From assembly GCA_045105515.1 (NCBI GenBank), contig JBGCDR010000429.1, forward strand, positions 1 through 37,084: a DNA stretch of 37,084 bases, read 5' to 3'. The notes beneath the pieces were generated by a model. That model was not told where the DNA came from, made no database searches, and was given only the letters and a program-made list of their open reading frames with translations. Positions within the stretch are counted from its first letter, which is position 1; each line of letters opens with the position of its first letter. Below, piece by piece: positions 36,755 to 37,084 of this stretch. The position numbers and the translations under genes are program-made. The stretch comes from Oligoflexales bacterium (GTDB taxonomy: Bacteria; Bdellovibrionota_B; Oligoflexia; Oligoflexales; Bog-1112).

Positions 36755-37084
36755 GGAAATAACTTGATAATGAGTACCCGGAATAATAAAACATCCTTTA
36801 TGACCTATTGCTGAATCAAAAAATTGGTCACAAAGCTCTTGAGGAAGGATAATAGTTAATGTTGAGCCCTATCCTATTAAAATATACCTGTGTAATTTTT
36901 TTGTTACTTAATTGTTTTACATTACATGCTAGTCCCGCTCTTAGGACAGGGCTGATTCAAATAAGATTTTTTCCAATTTTTCATTAAATAGGTCAGAAAA
37001 ATTCTAAGCCGCAGTACCAAAAGTGACTAGATAAAAAAAATATAGGAAGAAAAAACTTAAAAAAAATGGCTCACTTTTATTAAA

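Noticed and set aside
1..37084. CRISPR array, IS/prophage, rRNA/tRNA, or bacterial E1/E2/ubiquitin-like operon
   Set aside because: No spaced repeats, transposase/integrase, structural RNA signatures, or E1/E2/JAB/Ubl genes were seen by eye.

Overview
AT-rich bacterial chromosomal window with about 27 protein-coding genes and no rRNA, tRNA, CRISPR or mobile element that I could detect. A Bdellovibrio-type LexA box, several sigma28-like promoters and many exported orphan proteins suggest a Bdellovibrionota/Oligoflexia-like organism (inference). Housekeeping content: methylmalonyl-CoA mutase with MeaB, IcmF, MurJ, NhaA, LexA, a Ste24-type protease, two aminotransferases, two glycerophosphodiester phosphodiesterases, a sulfoquinovosidase-type GH31, and a chorismate mutase/prephenate dehydratase/DAHP synthase fusion. 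The fusion is preceded by a Phe/Tyr-rich leader peptide and attenuator missing from the ORF track. The most striking feature is an intron-less gene at 35027-36688 (- strand) encoding a eukaryote-type RING1-IBR-RING2 (RBR, Parkin/Ariadne-like) E3 ubiquitin ligase module. It keeps the catalytic Cys-His-Glu, sits behind a signal-peptide-like N-terminus and has a bacterial sigma70-like promoter. Other exported proteins with eukaryote-like features (Ser/Thr kinase, ankyrin protein, proteins with Tat/NLS-like polybasic tracts) are scattered through the window, which suggests an effector repertoire aimed at a eukaryotic host or prey. A class A PBP with an apparently dead transpeptidase domain is also present. 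All calls come from reading motifs by eye; no database searches were run.
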